Positions 18,171 through 20,093 of a stretch of DNA of 20,093 nucleotides are shown here, piece after piece. Every line of letters starts with the position of its first letter. The stretch's first letter is position 1. A program made the translations under genes and the position numbers. Where the stretch lies: the NCBI GenBank assembly GCA_025558095.1, contig JAIVFI010000054.1:1-20093 (forward strand). Reading direction: 5' to 3'. The notes beneath the pieces are model-generated. The model did no database searches. It was not told the DNA's origin and worked only from the letters and a program-made list of their open reading frames with translations. This DNA comes from Hyaloraphidium curvatum SAG 235-1 (taxonomy: Eukaryota; Fungi; Monoblepharomycota).

Positions 18171-19353
18171 CTACAGTTTGACTTCCGGCCTCTTCCAAAC
18201 GACGGGATGATCCGGATGTCCGACTAGCTTGTCGCCGTTGGTGAGCCCCTGGCTCCACAGATCGACCACGGGCCAACCCCATTCCCGTCCGGGCTGATCG
18301 AGGAACGCGTGGTCATCACCAACGAAACGGAACGCCCAAGCACGCCTCCTCGTTCCCATCCTCAGGTTCCCCTTCGATCCGTGAACCGTCATGGCGTTGA
18401 ACACGATCATGTCCCCCGGCTCCATGTCCCACGCGAGGAACTCGTGTTCTCCGGCGGCCTTTGCAGCGTCCATGTCGGGGAGAACGGGAAGGTTGGCGCC
18501 CCGGTACAACGCGTTGCCGGGTTGGAACTTGATCGCATTGAACTCCCGCCATCGGTGCGATCCGCGGACGTACTCGACTGCCATGGGGACGCTGGTGAGC
18601 TCGACAGACATGATGTTGGCCAGCCAAGATGGTCGCCCCACCGCACGTAGCCTTGTCAATCGGATCGAGGGGAACCCAGAAGGAGCACACTTGGTCTCCG
18701 CCCACAGCCCTAACGTGGCAAGCCATCACGTTAGCAAGGTAGTAGGATATGGCGGACATCTTGACCGCACCAGTACGGTCTGTCTTGGTGAAAAGGCGTC
18801 GAGTCCTCCGTCTTCGGTTCCTTGACCTATCGCAGGCTCAACTCGAGCACACGTGCCGCACACGACGGCACTCACGAATAGCTGATCGTAGAGAAAACAC
18901 GCGTACGAGCTGCCATGAGCTCCGCCGCGATCTGCCCCATGGGCCCGTCCCTGATCCAAGGCATGACCTGCGGCACGAGTCGTCTCCAGACGTCCAGTTC
19001 CTGGTAGAACCGCCCGGGTTTCCCGGCGGGCGTGTAGGTGGCGCCGAGTTTGGCTGCACGCCGGAGGAGAAGTCCCGTCAAAGGGCTGTTGGGTCCCGGA
19101 ACGCGTCCTGTCTCCCACCGTCGCCGCACGTCTCGAGGACGTTCTCGACCAGAGCCCGGAGGTACGCCACCCATTCTTGCGACAGTACGCCGCGTAGGCA
19201 GACGACACCATCCTCCTGATAGCGCCGCCGGTCCTCCTCCGTGACCCTGACGCGCGAAGGCCCCGGAACCGGGGGAAGGGGCAAAGGGAGGGATGTCGTC
19301 GGTTTTACGGCACCGATACGGATGATCCGGTTGAAGGGCTTCGTCTGCTCCAT
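18171..19353 (-). CDS. PhyH-family Fe(II)/2-oxoglutarate dioxygenase, multi-exon
   Basis: Motifs YQEDGVVCLRGVL, YDQLF.VKEP, TPFHQD (HxD), SFWVPLDPI, VEYVRGSHRW, MEPGDMIVFNAMTVHGS (distal His) and RRRA. Intron 19054-19118 among others. Confidence 0.88.
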
Positions 19354-19474
19354 TTCGGAGTATCGATTCGGAAGAGCCAAGGCGGGAATGGAAGCAGCGG
19401 ACGCCGGGGCGGCGAACCAAGGTCCGCGCGGCGAATAATCCGCAGGCTGCCTCTCATCGATTCTCCCACTCTCT

Positions 19475-20093
19475 TCACCCATCCGGGGCACAAAACTCCC
19501 CGTCGGAGCACCACTGCATCCACAGCGGCGCCGCCTCCACCCCCCACTGCACCATCCTCTCCCTCGCCGCGCTCATCGCCATCCTCGCCGCCCGCAGCTG
19601 CTCCCCCGTCGGCGCCGATCCCCCCCTGGCGCCTCTCGCCTGCCACCACCTTCCCGCGGCCCCGATCGCGCGGGGAAAGACGGTGGAGATGAGGTTACGG
19701 GGGTCGGTGGATTCGGCCCACATGGCCAACTCCCCACCAACCACCCTCCCGGCCCCGGCGCACCACCCGGCTCCGGGTCGTAGAGGTACGCGCTGACGGC
19801 CGTCAGCGGCGGGTCGCACCACGATTTGCGGCCGCCGTCGATCCAGTTGCCGTGTCCGCAGTCCAGGTAGTACTGGTTCGACGGGCTGGCGATGACCCCG
19901 TACCCCTGCGGACGAGGTCGGCGATGTTCCCGGCGTCGGACCAGACTGCAGCAGAGAGCCCGCGGGGGGCTGCAAGCCGTGGTGCGTCACGGCGTCTCCC
20001 ACTGCACGGAAGTGCGGTTCAGCGCGGCCAACTGTCGCAAAAGACGGGGTCGAAGAAGGCGTGCAGCATGTCGGCGGTGTAGCCGGGTATGAA
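19475..20093 (-). CDS. 3' part of glycoside hydrolase family 20 beta-N-acetylhexosaminidase (frameshifted, runs off window)
   Basis: YYLDCGHGNWIDGGRKSWCDP in one frame. VVGGELAMWAESTD, VFPRA and RERMVQWGVEAAPLWMQWC...C in ORF 19475..20002. Confidence 0.88.
   Translation of the reverse strand, partial: SYPATPPTCCTPSSTPSFATVGRAEPHFRAVGDAVTHHGLQPPAGSLLQSGPTPGTSPTSSAGVRGHRQPVEPVLPGLRTRQLDRRRPQIVVRPAADGRQRVPLRPGAGWCAGAGRVVGGELAMWAESTDPRNLISTVFPRAIGAAGRWWQARGARGGSAPTGEQLRAARMAMSAARERMVQWGVEAAPLWMQWCSDGEFCAPDG

Noticed and set aside
18171-18182. C-terminal VKL of the PhyH protein as a peroxisomal PTS1
   Set aside because: Non-canonical tripeptide; not supportable without a predictor or orthologue comparison.
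13011-20093. 3D protein + GH20 as a dedicated peptidoglycan-degradation cluster
   Set aside because: GH20 enzymes of this type are routine chitin/glycan enzymes and unrelated genes intervene; proximity alone is insufficient.

Overview
This is not prokaryotic DNA. It is a gene-dense, GC-rich eukaryotic region with many short (mostly 52-71 bp) GT-AG introns, which is why the ORF track is fragmented. Gene content (CFEM-like GPI proteins, fungal-type DUF1275, TKL kinase, secreted 3D-domain protein) suggests an early-diverging, chytrid-like fungus; that taxonomy is inference. I reconstruct 11 genes by hand. (1) The 3' part of a mucin-like protein: SdrD-B/Cna-B-like domain, Ser/Thr repeat stalk and Cys-rich tail. 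(2,3) Two tandem 8-Cys CFEM-like GPI-anchor paralogues. (4) A SEL1-repeat/coiled-coil/non-RD tyrosine-kinase-like kinase with no clear 5' end. (5) A plant-HIPL1-like membrane protein (Cys-rich domain + glucose/sorbosone-dehydrogenase propeller + TM). (6) DUF1275/YoaK. (7) An HR-lesion/DoxX-like membrane protein. (8) A secreted 3D (MltA-like) protein. (9) A small secreted Lys-rich protein. (10) A Baeyer-Villiger-type flavin monooxygenase. (11) A PhyH-family dioxygenase. The 3' part of a twelfth gene, a GH20 hexosaminidase, closes the window. Many genes carry single-base frameshifts, often in homopolymers, most likely long-read errors. The most intriguing hypothesis is an in-frame phase-0 splice that would join the HIPL1-like ectodomain+TM gene to the headless SEL1-kinase, giving a novel receptor-like kinase.
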